Positions 8,672 through 18,717 of a DNA stretch of 64,000 nt are shown piece by piece. The stretch is from Candidatus Eiseniibacteriota bacterium (lineage in GTDB: Bacteria > Eisenbacteria > RBG-16-71-46 > CAZAMP01). The position numbers and the translations under genes are program-made. Location: contig OZ245046.1 in NCBI GenBank assembly GCA_965224245.1, forward strand, positions 2,528,001 to 2,592,000, written 5' to 3'. A model generated the notes under the pieces. It was not told the DNA's origin. It saw only the letters and a list, made by a program, of their open reading frames with translations, and made no database searches. Numbering within the stretch: position 1 is the stretch's first letter; each line of letters begins with the position of its first letter.

Positions 8672-10042
8672 TCACGCCGCCTTGCGTCGCTCGAACTCGT
8701 CCCCGAGGGAGTAGCTCTGGAGCTTCCGGTAGAGGGTGGAGGCGTTGATCCCCAGGATCGCGGACGAGCGCTTCTTGTGCCAGTTCGTGTGCTCGAGCAC
8801 CTTGACGATGTAGGCCCGCTCCAGCTCCTCCAGCGTCATGTCGGGTGTGTCGATCACGAGGCTCGCGCGCTCACCCTCACCCGAGAGCACGCGCTCCGGC
8901 AGGTCGTCCACGTCGATCTGATCCGACTCCCCGAGAATGATCGCGCGCTCGATCACGTTCTCGAGCTCGCGGACGTTGCCCGGCCACGTGTACGCCATCA
9001 GGGCGTCCATGGCCTCCCGGGTGATGACCCGCTCGTGCCCGCCGCTGAGCTTCTTCAGGAAGTGGGACGTGAGGATCGGGATGTCGTCACGCCGCGCGCG
9101 GAGCGGCGGCAGCTTGATCGCGATCACGTTCAGACGGTAGTAGAGGTCCATGCGGAAGTTGCCCGCACGCACCTCTTCCTCCAGGTCGCGATTGGTCGCG
9201 GCGATGAGCCGCGTGTTCACCTTGACCGGCTGGGTGCCGCCCACCGGGATGACCTCGCGCTCCTGGATGGCCCGGAGCAGCTTCACCTGGGTGGCGGGCG
9301 TGGTGTCCCCGATCTCGTCCAGGAACAGCGAGCCGTTCTCGGCGGCCTGGAAGTGGCCCACCTGATCCTTGATCGCACCGGTGAACGAGCCCTTGATGTG
9401 CCCGAACAGTGTGCTCTCGAGGAGGTCCTTGGGGAGCGCACCGCAGTTGATGGCGAGAAACGGTCCGTTCGACCGCTGAGACTGATCGTGGATGTTCCGG
9501 GCGATCAGCTCCTTGCCGGTACCGCTCTCGCCGTTGATGAGCACGGTGGCCTCGGTGTCCGAGACCTTCTCCACCAGCCGGAGGACCTTCCGGATCTCGT
9601 CGCTCTTGCCCAGGATGTCGCGCGAGAGAGTGGTCTGCTTCAGCTGTCGCTTCAGGACCAGGTTTTGCGACTGGATTCGCCGCATCTGGACCGCGTTCTG
9701 GACGACGAGGCGAATCTCCTCGTTCTTCGCGTTCTTCTCGATGTACTGGAACGCGCCGCGGTTGAGCGCATCGATGGCCGAGCGCTGCGTTGCGTGGCCG
9801 GTCATGATGACGACCGGAATCGCCGGGTCGTGATCGCGGACGCCGTCGAGCACCTTGATCCCGTCGCCGTCCGGCATCTTGAGGTCGGTGATGACGACGT
9901 CGTACGTGTCTTCCCGGACCGCCTGCACGGCGTCGGTCGCGGTGTGAACCGCGTGGACGACGTACCCCTCACGCTCGAGCATCAGCGTGAGGAAGCGGGT
10001 CATGCTGGCGTCGTCGTCGGCCACGAGTATCTTGATCGCCAC
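8672..10042 (-). CDS. pilR: Sigma54-dependent response regulator (NtrC family), PilR
   Basis: Receiver (ILVADDD, DLKMP), GESGTGKE, GSFTGA, WPGNVRELEN, Fis HTH; GTG start with RBS gaggag. Confidence 0.9.
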   Translation of the reverse strand: MAIKILVADDDASMTRFLTLMLEREGYVVHAVHTATDAVQAVREDTYDVVITDLKMPDGDGIKVLDGVRDHDPAIPVVIMTGHATQRSAIDALNRGAFQYIEKNAKNEEIRLVVQNAVQMRRIQSQNLVLKRQLKQTTLSRDILGKSDEIRKVLRLVEKVSDTEATVLINGESGTGKELIARNIHDQSQRSNGPFLAINCGALPKDLLESTLFGHIKGSFTGAIKDQVGHFQAAENGSLFLDEIGDTTPATQVKLLRAIQEREVIPVGGTQPVKVNTRLIAATNRDLEEEVRAGNFRMDLYYRLNVIAIKLPPLRARRDDIPILTSHFLKKLSGGHERVITREAMDALMAYTWPGNVRELENVIERAIILGESDQIDVDDLPERVLSGEGERASLVIDTPDMTLEELERAYIVKVLEHTNWHKKRSSAILGINASTLYRKLQSYSLGDEFERRKAA

Positions 10043-10088
10043 GCGAAACTCCTCGATGCAAACCCAGTCCGTCCGGACGGGCCCCGTG

Positions 10089-11276
10089 CTAGGCGGCCGC
10101 CCGTTCCGGGAGCGGATGTCGAGGCAACCGGATCTCGAACCGGGCGCCCCCACGCTGACCATCCCCCACCCTCACCTCACCTCCGTGGCGCTCGACGGTG
10201 CGTCGAACGACCGCCAGACCGAGGCCCGTTCCACCACCACGCGTGGTGTGGAAGGGCTCGAAGATCGCCTCGCGCCGTTCCTCCGAGACCCCGGGCCCCT
10301 CGTCCTCCACGCGAACCACCGCGTCGTCCCCGTCGTTGACTCCGTGCACGACGACCGTGCCCTGCGGTGCGGCCTGCACCGCGTTCAGGACCACGTTGAC
10401 GAACATCCGCCGCAGAGACGGCGCGTTCGCGTCGATCGGACCCAGAAGCGAGGTCGTGTCCACCTCGATGACGGCGTCCCCGGCGTCAGGGTGTCGCCTG
10501 ATCGTCTCCACGACGCCGTCCAGAAGATCCCCCAGGTCGATCGGCTCGAGTTCGATCGGGCGGCTGCTCGTGAAGTCGAGAAACTCCCCGAGAAAGCTCT
10601 CCATCGACTGGCACTCCTCACGGATGAGGCGCATCAGGGGCTCGTGTGAGTCCGCGGGGCCCAGATCCCCCTCCAAAAGCTCGACCGCACCACTGAGCGG
10701 CTTCATGATGTTGCGCAGCTCGTGGACCAGGACAGCCGAGAGCTGGCCCACCTGGACGAGTCGATCTCGAAGCGGGTCGGCCTCGGCCGTCCTCCGCCGG
10801 AACGACTCGCCCAGGTAGCTGGCGAGAATGGCCACCAGGAACAGGCACGCACTGGCCGTCGAGACGCGCACGAGCACGTCCGGCGCGATGCCGGAAGGCC
10901 GGATGTGCGGCACGGCGATGGTCAGCCACAGCGCCACGCTGCCGGCTCCGGCGGCCAGGAGCGCGGCGCGGAGCCGGAGATTTGCCCCGATCAGCACGAC
11001 CCCGACGTAGCCGAAGAGCATGAAGGGGCTCGCGTCGCCGCCGGTCCTGGACGTCATCAGAATCGGGATGACGATGTCCACTCCGCCCACCGCGATCGTC
11101 CGCGCGCCCGATCCCATCGGAACGAGCACCGGGACGACGCTGACGATCGCGAGCGCGACGGCCAGCCCGAGCCACACCGCCTGTGCCCCACCCCCGATCA
11201 CGATCAGGGCGGCCGACGACGCGACCAGCGACCCGCGCGCCAGGGCGTAGCGACGGAGCGCTCCGTCGGATACCAC
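10089..11276 (-). CDS. pilS: Membrane sensor histidine kinase, PilS-like
   Basis: Multi-TM N-terminus, HELRN H-box, NVVLNA, DEGPG, FEPF, GTGLGL; between pilC and pilR; start approximate. Confidence 0.82.
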   Translation of the reverse strand: MVSDGALRRYALARGSLVASSAALIVIGGGAQAVWLGLAVALAIVSVVPVLVPMGSGARTIAVGGVDIVIPILMTSRTGGDASPFMLFGYVGVVLIGANLRLRAALLAAGAGSVALWLTIAVPHIRPSGIAPDVLVRVSTASACLFLVAILASYLGESFRRRTAEADPLRDRLVQVGQLSAVLVHELRNIMKPLSGAVELLEGDLGPADSHEPLMRLIREECQSMESFLGEFLDFTSSRPIELEPIDLGDLLDGVVETIRRHPDAGDAVIEVDTTSLLGPIDANAPSLRRMFVNVVLNAVQAAPQGTVVVHGVNDGDDAVVRVEDEGPGVSEERREAIFEPFHTTRGGGTGLGLAVVRRTVERHGGEVRVGDGQRGGARFEIRLPRHPLPERAAA

Positions 11277-11332
11277 CTCGGACGTCCTCCGCTCCGGCCG
11301 GTGCCGGAGGCCCTCCGGCAAGTGCCGGAGGC

Positions 11333-12541
11333 CTAGTGCGCGACCGCCTGCGCCAGCTTGAACAGCGGCAGGTACATCGAGATGACCATGCCACCGACGA
11401 GCGTTCCCATGACGACGATCATGATCGGCTCGATCACCGACGTCAGGGTCTCCACGGCCGTGTTGACCTCGTCGTCGTAGAAGGCCGCGATCTTCTCGAG
11501 CATCTTGTCGAGCGCACCGGTCTCCTCGCCGACCGAGATCATCTGAACCACCATCGGGGGGAAGACCACGGAGTTTCGGAGCGGAGCGGCGATCGTCTCG
11601 CCTTCGCGGATGCTCCCACGCGTGCTCATGATCTCGAGCTCCACGACGCGATTCCCCGCGGTCCGCGAGGTGATCTCGAGCGCGGTCAGGATCGGGACGC
11701 CGCTCCCGATAAGCGTGCTCAGCGTACGTGAGAAGCGGGCGATCGACGCCTTCAGGATCACATTGCCGAAGACCGGGGACTTGATCGCGAACTTGTCCAG
11801 AGCGAAGCGCCCGGGCTCGGTCTGGTACCAGCGCCTGACCAGCATGACGATGGCCCCGATGGCGCCGGCCATGAGCCACCAGTACTTCTGAATGCCCTCG
11901 GACAGCATCATCACGATCTTCGTGGGCAGCGGCAGCTCGCTGCCGAACTGATCGAACACACTGGCGAACGAGGGGATGATGAACACGAGCATGAAGGTCG
12001 TGGTCAAGAGAGCGACCGCACCCACCACCATCGGGTACGTCATCGCGCCCTTGACCTTGCGCCGGAGCGACTCGGCCTTCTCGATGTACTCGGCCAGCCG
12101 GACCAGGATGATGTCGAGGATACCGCCGGTCTCTCCGGCGTCGACCATGTTCACGAACAGGTTGTCGAACGTGTCCGGGTGCTTGGACAGTGCCTCGGAG
12201 AGGGTCGCGCCGGACTCGACGTCGAACATCACCTGCTTCTGGATCTCCGTGAACCGCTCGCTCTCGCACTGCGACGCCAGGATGTCCATGCACTGAACGA
12301 GCGGGAGCCCGGCGTTCACCATCGTGGCGAACTGCCGGGTGAAGACGGCCAGGTCCTTCGTCGACACGCCCTTCTTCATCGGCAGCGCGAAGCGGACGTC
12401 CTTGGGCTTCTCGCGGATGAGCTGGATCTGGATGCGCTTCTTGCGCAGGTATCGGACGACCTCGTCCCGCGTGGGCAGGGTGAGCTCGCCGTCCTGGATG
12501 TCACCCCCGGGGGCGACGCCCTTCCAAACGAATGTCGGCAT
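11333..12541 (-). CDS. pilC: Type IV pilus platform protein PilC
   Basis: FTRQFATMVNAGLPL, GETGGILD, GEETGALD, MYLPLF. Confidence 0.96.
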   Translation of the reverse strand: MPTFVWKGVAPGGDIQDGELTLPTRDEVVRYLRKKRIQIQLIREKPKDVRFALPMKKGVSTKDLAVFTRQFATMVNAGLPLVQCMDILASQCESERFTEIQKQVMFDVESGATLSEALSKHPDTFDNLFVNMVDAGETGGILDIILVRLAEYIEKAESLRRKVKGAMTYPMVVGAVALLTTTFMLVFIIPSFASVFDQFGSELPLPTKIVMMLSEGIQKYWWLMAGAIGAIVMLVRRWYQTEPGRFALDKFAIKSPVFGNVILKASIARFSRTLSTLIGSGVPILTALEITSRTAGNRVVELEIMSTRGSIREGETIAAPLRNSVVFPPMVVQMISVGEETGALDKMLEKIAAFYDDEVNTAVETLTSVIEPIMIVVMGTLVGGMVISMYLPLFKLAQAVAH

Positions 12542-12550
12542 GATCGCCTC

Positions 12551-13660
12551 CTACGACGCGCGTCGGCGCGCAGCCGGCATGGGTTCGACGCCACCGGAGC
12601 GCGCGAGCATGTCCTCGAGCTCCTTCCGGTCGGAGCTCTGCTCGAACGCCAGGTTCATGTCGATCTTGCCCTGCACGACCTCGGCGAAGAGCGCCTGGTT
12701 CATGGTCTGCATGCCGTGCTTCTGACCCGCCTGCATGAAGCCGTAGATCTGGTGGCTCTTGCCTTCGCGGATCACGGCCCGAACCGCCTGCGTACAGATC
12801 AGCACCTCGGCGCACAGCGCGCGCCCGTGCCCGCGACGGACGGGCATCAGCTTCTGTGTCACCACGCCTCGAAGCACGAACGCGAGCTGGGTCAGAATCA
12901 TCTCCTGCTGGTCGGACGGGAACACGTCGACGATGCGGTTGATGGACTCCATCGCGGTGTTGGTGTGCAGCGTCGCGAACACCAGGTGACCGGTCTCCGC
13001 GATGGTCAGCGCCGACTGCATCGTCTCCAGATCGCGCATCTCGCCCACCAGAATCACGTCGGGATCCTGCCGGAGGACGTACTTCAGCGACGCCGGAAAG
13101 CTCTCGGTGTCGGACCCCACCTCACGCTGGTTGACGATCGCCTTCTTGTGCTGGTGCACGTACTCGATCGGGTCCTCGATGGTCATGATGTGGCAGGCGC
13201 GCTCGCTGTTGATCTTGTCGATCAGGGCGGCCAGCGTCGTGGACTTCCCGCTTCCGGTGGGGCCGGTGATCAGAACCAGCCCGTTGGGGAGGTGCGCGAG
13301 GTCCTTGACCGAGCTCGGGAGCGCCAGGGAGTCGAGCGCCGGAATCTGGTACGGGATCATGCGGATCGCGCTGCAGGTGACGCCGCGCTGCACGAAGACG
13401 TTGGCACGGAACCGGGCGAGGCCGCGGATGCCGAACGAGAAGTCCAGCTCGCGGTGCAGTTCGAACCGCTTCTTCTGATCGTCCCGCATGACGCTGTAGA
13501 TCAGGCGCTCGGTCTCCTCGGGGGTCAGCACCTGCTCCGTGTCCGCTCCGTGAAGCGTCCCGTCGATTCGCAGCTGCGGCGGCACACCGGCGGTCAGGTG
13601 CAGGTCGCTCGCTCCGCACTCGATCATGGACTTCAGAAGATCATGCAGCTTCAGCGACAT
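12551..13660 (-). CDS. pilT: Type IV pilus retraction ATPase PilT
   Basis: ASDLHL, GPTGSGKST, LRQDPDVILVGEMRD, TGHLVFATLHT, AVRAVIRE, GMQTM. Confidence 0.96.
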   Translation of the reverse strand: MSLKLHDLLKSMIECGASDLHLTAGVPPQLRIDGTLHGADTEQVLTPEETERLIYSVMRDDQKKRFELHRELDFSFGIRGLARFRANVFVQRGVTCSAIRMIPYQIPALDSLALPSSVKDLAHLPNGLVLITGPTGSGKSTTLAALIDKINSERACHIMTIEDPIEYVHQHKKAIVNQREVGSDTESFPASLKYVLRQDPDVILVGEMRDLETMQSALTIAETGHLVFATLHTNTAMESINRIVDVFPSDQQEMILTQLAFVLRGVVTQKLMPVRRGHGRALCAEVLICTQAVRAVIREGKSHQIYGFMQAGQKHGMQTMNQALFAEVVQGKIDMNLAFEQSSDRKELEDMLARSGGVEPMPAARRRAS

Positions 13661-15368
13661 CCGGCGATCCTCCCAGGACCTCGTCCTTCATCGTCTCCTT
13701 GAGCACTTCCTCGGCGGTGGTCAGGCCCTGGCACATCTTGATGATGCCGTCACGACGCAGGGTGATCATGCCGTCGGAGATGGCCTGGCGCTTCAGCTCG
13801 GTCGCGTTCGCGCGCTGCAGAATCAGCTCACGAAGCCCCGGGGTGATTCGCATGACCTCGTAGACTCCCATCCGTCCCTTGTATCCGGTGTTCGAGCACT
13901 CGAAGCAGCCACGACCCTTCTGGATCGTGGCGTTCGCGAGGTCCTCGGACGTCGCCCCCAGGGACTCGATCACGGCCTGGGCCAGCTCGGTGGCCTCGGT
14001 GCACTTGGGGCAGATGCGCCGCACGAGCCGCTGGGCGAGAATGAGGTTCACGGCGCTTCCGACCAGGAACGGCTCGAGTCCCATGTCCACGAGGCGGTTC
14101 AGCGTGCTCGGTGCGTCGTTGGTGTGGATGGTCGAGAGGACGAGATGGCCCGTCAGCGCCGCCTTCACGGCGATCGATCCGGTGTCGATGTCTCGGATCT
14201 CACCGACCATGATGATGTTCGGATCCTGGCGCAGGAACGACCTCAGGGCGGCCGCAAACGAGAGTCCGACCTCCTCGTTGACGTTGACCTGGTTGATTCC
14301 ATCGAGGTTGTACTCGACCGGGTCCTCGGCGGTCATGATGTTCGTGTCGGGACGGTTGATCCGGCTCAGTGCCGAGTACAGCGTGGTCGTCTTGCCGCTT
14401 CCGGTGGGTCCGGTGACCAGGCAGATGCCGAACGGCTTCTCGATGGACTCCTCGAAGTCCTTCATGGCCGAGGGCTGGAAGCCGAGCTTGCGTAGATCCA
14501 GCGAGAGGTTCGACTTGTCCAGGATTCGCATCACGATCTTCTCACCGAAGATCACCGGACAGGTCGAGACACGCAGGTCGATCGTACGGCCGAGGAGGCG
14601 AATCTTGATGCGCCCGTCCTGCGGGCGCCGCCGCTCGGCGATGTCCAGATCGGCCATGATCTTCAGGCGCGAGATGATCGGCTGACGGAGCCGGTACGGC
14701 GGGGACATCATCTCGTATAGCTTGCCGTCGATGCGGAACCGTACGCGCAGCGTCTTCTCGTACGGCTCGATGTGGATGTCGCTGGCCCCACGCTTGACCG
14801 CGTCGGCCAGGAGCGTGTTCACGAACTTGACGACGGGGGCTTCCTCGGTCCCCGACGTGAGCCCCGCGATGTCGGTGTCGTCTTCCTCTTCCTCGACGAT
14901 CTCGAGGTCGTCCTCGATGCCCTGGATCACGTCCCGGAGCGAGTCGGCGTTGTCGTAGTACTTGTCGATCGCCTTCTTGATCGCGGTCTCGCTGGCGATG
15001 ACGGCCGTGACCTCACATCCGGTGATGAACTTGATGTCGTCGAGAACGAAGATGTCGGATGGGTTCGCGGTCGCGATGGTCAGGCGGCGTCCAGACCGTC
15101 CGACGGGCAGGATCTGGAACCGGCTGGCGACGTCCGCGGGCACGAGAGCGGTCAGGTCGCCGTTGACTTCGACGGACGAGAGATCGACGCTGGGGACGTT
15201 GTAGAACTCGGAGAGGAACGACGTGTAGTCGGGGTCGGAGATGGCACCGAGGGTCACCAGGTGGCTGCCCACGGTGCCCTGTCCGCTCTGCGCCAGCTTC
15301 TCGGCCTGCTCGAGCGCGTCCGCCTCGACCAGCCCCCTCTCCACCAAGAGTCTTCCGATCTTCTCCAC
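13641..15368 (-). CDS. pilB: Type IV pilus extension ATPase PilB
   Basis: ASDIHIEP, ERRRPQDGRI, GPTGSGKTT, CxxC...GCxxC zinc site, N-terminal KIGRLLV (MshEN-like). Confidence 0.96.
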   Translation of the reverse strand: MEKIGRLLVERGLVEADALEQAEKLAQSGQGTVGSHLVTLGAISDPDYTSFLSEFYNVPSVDLSSVEVNGDLTALVPADVASRFQILPVGRSGRRLTIATANPSDIFVLDDIKFITGCEVTAVIASETAIKKAIDKYYDNADSLRDVIQGIEDDLEIVEEEEDDTDIAGLTSGTEEAPVVKFVNTLLADAVKRGASDIHIEPYEKTLRVRFRIDGKLYEMMSPPYRLRQPIISRLKIMADLDIAERRRPQDGRIKIRLLGRTIDLRVSTCPVIFGEKIVMRILDKSNLSLDLRKLGFQPSAMKDFEESIEKPFGICLVTGPTGSGKTTTLYSALSRINRPDTNIMTAEDPVEYNLDGINQVNVNEEVGLSFAAALRSFLRQDPNIIMVGEIRDIDTGSIAVKAALTGHLVLSTIHTNDAPSTLNRLVDMGLEPFLVGSAVNLILAQRLVRRICPKCTEATELAQAVIESLGATSEDLANATIQKGRGCFECSNTGYKGRMGVYEVMRITPGLRELILQRANATELKRQAISDGMITLRRDGIIKMCQGLTTAEEVLKETMKDEVLGGSPDVAEAA

Positions 15369-15468
15369 GGTTTCTCCGCTGGCCAGCGTTCTCGCATCGA
15401 GCCGCGCCGTGAGCGCGCGGAATCAAAGGGGCGGCCGGACGCATCGGATGACGCGTCGGTCCATGCAT

Positions 15469-15496
15469 TTGTCGGTGGCGGCTGACCTTCGGTTGA
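15469..15496 (-). promoter_or_regulatory. Candidate sigma28-like promoter of pilB operon
   Basis: TCAAC-N15-ACCGACAA about 100 bp upstream of pilB. Confidence 0.4.
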
Positions 15497-15605
15497 CACC
15501 AGGGACCCACGGCGTCTGAAAACGACCATCGTCGCCGGGCGCACCCGGTCCCGGCACGCGTCCTGGATCGTGCCAGCCCGGCACCCGAGGACCGGGGACG
15601 GCTCC

Positions 15606-16019
15606 TCATCGCGCGTCCGGTGGCCGGGGTCGCACGACGACGAACGGGGCCAGCCGTTGGAGGGTCTTGGGACCGATGCCCTTCACCGCGGTCACGGCCT
15701 CGATCGTGTCGAACGCGCCGAGGCGTTCGCGGGTCCTGACGATTCGATCGGCCAGGGCCGGCCCGATTCCCGGCAGCAGGACGAGGTGGTCGGGACCGGC
15801 CCGGTTGAGATCGAGCTTCCCGTTCACGAACAGCGAATCCAGGGCCTCGGCCGTTCCGAACGGGGGCTCGACGGCCGCCTCGACCGCCGGCCCGGGTGCG
15901 TTCCGGCGCTGCGGGATCCACTCGGGACGGTGGGCGGCGATCAGCCGGACCGCCGAGCCGACCGACACGATCGCGGCGATGATCGCGAGGAGGGCGCGCT
16001 CACGGACGTTGAGGGTCAC
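15606..16019 (-). CDS. ComEA-like helix-hairpin-helix DNA-binding protein
   Basis: N-terminal TM, KLDLNRA..L..LPGIGPALADRIV..R...G.F...VKGIGPKTL; only the last 137 codons of the 884-aa track ORF. Confidence 0.88.
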   Translation of the reverse strand: MTLNVRERALLAIIAAIVSVGSAVRLIAAHRPEWIPQRRNAPGPAVEAAVEPPFGTAEALDSLFVNGKLDLNRAGPDHLVLLPGIGPALADRIVRTRERLGAFDTIEAVTAVKGIGPKTLQRLAPFVVVRPRPPDAR

Positions 16020-16099
16020 GGGCAGGCGTCTCCGTCGTGGGGCTCGACGAGGTCGTCGAGCCGTGTCGAGGAGAAGACCGGCGACGCGGGTGATCGGGG

Positions 16100-18118
16100 C
16101 TAGTCGAGCAGGATCCAGGAGAGTCCGAACAGGATGTTCTGTCCGGTCAGGGGCGCGAAGCCCAGCTCCGGCTCGTACGCGCTCGTCGCGACCGACTCCC
16201 TGAGGATGTTCTCCGAGCGGTAGAAGAGCACGATGTCGGCCACGCGAGCGGTGATCCGTGCCGTCAGGTCCCGGTCCGGATCGATCCGTCCGAGCGGGGT
16301 CCGGATCTCGTCCCAGATCGTCAGCTCGAGCTCGCCCTCCAGCCGGAGGTGACCGCCGAACAGATCCTCGCGAAGGCGCGCGTGGGTCTTGGCGTGCGCG
16401 CCGGGCTCGAACTGCAACCCCGAGACGTCGTCCCCTCCGGACCACACGCCCGACCCGCCGAGCTCGAGTCGGCCGAGCGCTCCCAGCCCGACGTCGACCG
16501 AGAGCCGGCCCCAGGCCGCCACGCGTGAGAGATCCACCACGACCAGGGTATCGGGCTCGGACACCGTCAGCCCGCCGTCGAGCGGAGACGGCATCGCCGC
16601 CACCACGCGCTCGCCGTCGTCCGCGCTCACTCCCGCGTCCAGACGAAACGCGCCCGAGCGGTGTTGAAGCCCGATGGCCGCCGACATCCCGGTGGGGAGC
16701 GGCGGGGCCTGTCCCCGGGGGAGGTCGAGCCCCTGAAACGTCTGCGTGTAGAAGTCGTTGATGCGGTGGAAGTACGCCGGGCGGTAGACCGTGCGTGCCC
16801 CGTGTGCCCACGCGCGGGTGCCCGGCCCCGGCGCGTAGGACAGGGTCGCGCCCGCGGCGACGACGTTCTCGTGGGTCTCGATCCGATCGCCGCGGGCCGA
16901 CGCGTCGAGGGTGATGCGCCCGATGCGCCGGCGAAGCCGGACGAGCGCGTGACCGGTGGTCTCGCGCCGGTCGTCCACCGTGGTCTCGAGATCGCGTCGC
17001 CAGTGGCGATCGCGCGACGCACCGACGAGGAGACCGACCTCGGTCTCCGGCGCCCGGTAGCGCACGAGCGCGTCCCCTCCCCATCGCCAGAAGCGACGCT
17101 TGGTGTATCCGTCGATGCCGTCCCCGCGCAACGCGTACACCTGGCGGATGCCTCGTATCGAGGCCGCCCAGCGTGCGCCGAGTCGCCGCTCGATCGCCAG
17201 CGTCTCCTCGTGGCCGTCGTCCCCGCGCTTTCGGAACACCTCGAACCCGTGGATGCGCTCGTCGCGCCGCCGCGCGCCGAACAGGATCCGCGTGTCGCGG
17301 CCGATCCAGTCGAGATGCCCTTGGTAGCGCTCGGCCCGATGCCCATCGAAGAGCGACCACGAGCGTGCCTTGGCTCCGCCGTAGTCGACGAAGATCCCGA
17401 GGCGGTCGATGCGCTGGCCGCTGGTGATGCTGCCGCCGGCCTGTCCGAAGATCCCCGAGTAGTTCGTCACCTCGGTGAACGGCCGATCCGGAGCCTGGAC
17501 CACCGGGACGAAGCCGACGGCGCCGCCCGCCGCACCGGGTCCATAGAGATGTGACGCCGACACGCTCATCACCGACACCCCGGCGAGCGAGCTCTTGGTG
17601 ATCGTGTTGGGATTCTCGACCGGCGCCACGCCGGTGTCGAGCGCCCGACCGTCGTAGGTGTACCGCGTGCCGTCGGGCCCCTCGTGGCGAAACGACATCG
17701 CGCTCACGACCCCCGGATAGCCCGGTGGCGCGATGAACGCGCCGGGGGCATCGTCGAGCAGCTCCCACCACTCGAACGGCCCGGCCAGGCGCAGATCGAC
17801 GCGATCGTAGACCACCGATGGCCCCTCCGGAGGCAAGAGGAACGCATCGATCATCGAGATCGAGACGAGGTCGCCGCGCCGCGCTCCGGGGAACGGCACG
17901 AGAAACGGCCTCGACGACGGCGCGGTGGGCTCGAACGTGGGCGGCACGAGCAACGTGTCGGGAACGGCGGCCGCGGAGTCGGGCGGGGCGTCGGCCGGGG
18001 GCGCGTCCTCGGCCGGCGCCGCGTACGCGAGCGGCCGCAACGGCGCGAGTCCGGACGACATGCCCGCGAGAACGACCACGATCGCGCCTGTCACGAGTCG
18101 GCGCCGAGGGTTCGTCAT
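16100..18118 (-). CDS. Outer-membrane beta-barrel with plug-like N-terminus (TonB-dependent receptor / putative porin-like)
   Basis: Signal peptide, plug-like LYGPGAAGGAVGF, amphipathic strands, C-terminal FGLSWILLD. Confidence 0.65.
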   Translation of the reverse strand: MTNPRRRLVTGAIVVVLAGMSSGLAPLRPLAYAAPAEDAPPADAPPDSAAAVPDTLLVPPTFEPTAPSSRPFLVPFPGARRGDLVSISMIDAFLLPPEGPSVVYDRVDLRLAGPFEWWELLDDAPGAFIAPPGYPGVVSAMSFRHEGPDGTRYTYDGRALDTGVAPVENPNTITKSSLAGVSVMSVSASHLYGPGAAGGAVGFVPVVQAPDRPFTEVTNYSGIFGQAGGSITSGQRIDRLGIFVDYGGAKARSWSLFDGHRAERYQGHLDWIGRDTRILFGARRRDERIHGFEVFRKRGDDGHEETLAIERRLGARWAASIRGIRQVYALRGDGIDGYTKRRFWRWGGDALVRYRAPETEVGLLVGASRDRHWRRDLETTVDDRRETTGHALVRLRRRIGRITLDASARGDRIETHENVVAAGATLSYAPGPGTRAWAHGARTVYRPAYFHRINDFYTQTFQGLDLPRGQAPPLPTGMSAAIGLQHRSGAFRLDAGVSADDGERVVAAMPSPLDGGLTVSEPDTLVVVDLSRVAAWGRLSVDVGLGALGRLELGGSGVWSGGDDVSGLQFEPGAHAKTHARLREDLFGGHLRLEGELELTIWDEIRTPLGRIDPDRDLTARITARVADIVLFYRSENILRESVATSAYEPELGFAPLTGQNILFGLSWILLD

Positions 18119-18717
18119 CGCTCCTCGTCACGCGGGCCACCGCGCGGGGAAAGTTCGGGGATCGGAAGCCGGCGGGCCACGCGGTGCACGTGCGTGCCCA
18201 GTAGCGGGAAGACCAGGACGTTGCACACGAGTGCGACGACCGCATACGGCACGGCCGCAAGGACGGTGGCGCGCCACGCGCCGACTGTATAGGCGACGGC
18301 CAGCGTGGTCAACGCCTGGAAGACGGCCGTCGCGATCAGCCCCCCCATCGCCCACGCGGCCGCACGGCGCGCGATCGCGAGCCCGTCCGCGTCGCCCTCG
18401 GGATCGTCCCGATCGGCGCCGAGCAAGGGTGACATCGCGCCGCCCAGCCAGCCGACCACGCCGCGACTGACCACCAGCGCGACGAGGAGCGGCACGCCGG
18501 GCAGACCGTACGGACTCAGGAGCCCGTAGGCGATCGAGGCCAGGATTCCCACGCGAATGCCGGAGACCGATCCGAGGAGGACACCGGACAGGAACACGAT
18601 GAACGTGAAGAGCTCGACGTTGGGAACGACGGCGAGGACGAAGCCGGCGGCGACCGCGAGTGCCGCGAACGCGGCCTCCAGCGTGGCTAGGCGGACGCCC
18701 GTCCTGGCTTCGCGCAA
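18115..18717 (-). CDS. ECF transporter S-component-like membrane protein
   Basis: About 200 aa, ~6 TM, AxxxA in helix 1, VPNVELFTFIVFLSG.LLG...G; TTG start with RBS ggagg. Confidence 0.72.
   Translation of the reverse strand: MREARTGVRLATLEAAFAALAVAAGFVLAVVPNVELFTFIVFLSGVLLGSVSGIRVGILASIAYGLLSPYGLPGVPLLVALVVSRGVVGWLGGAMSPLLGADRDDPEGDADGLAIARRAAAWAMGGLIATAVFQALTTLAVAYTVGAWRATVLAAVPYAVVALVCNVLVFPLLGTHVHRVARRLPIPELSPRGGPRDEER

Noticed and set aside
5956-18260. Apparent long N-terminal extensions or fusions (638-aa permease, 734-aa kinase, 884-aa ComEA ORFs)
   Set aside because: The extensions are off-frame overlaps with upstream genes; internal starts fit stop/start coupling or an RBS.
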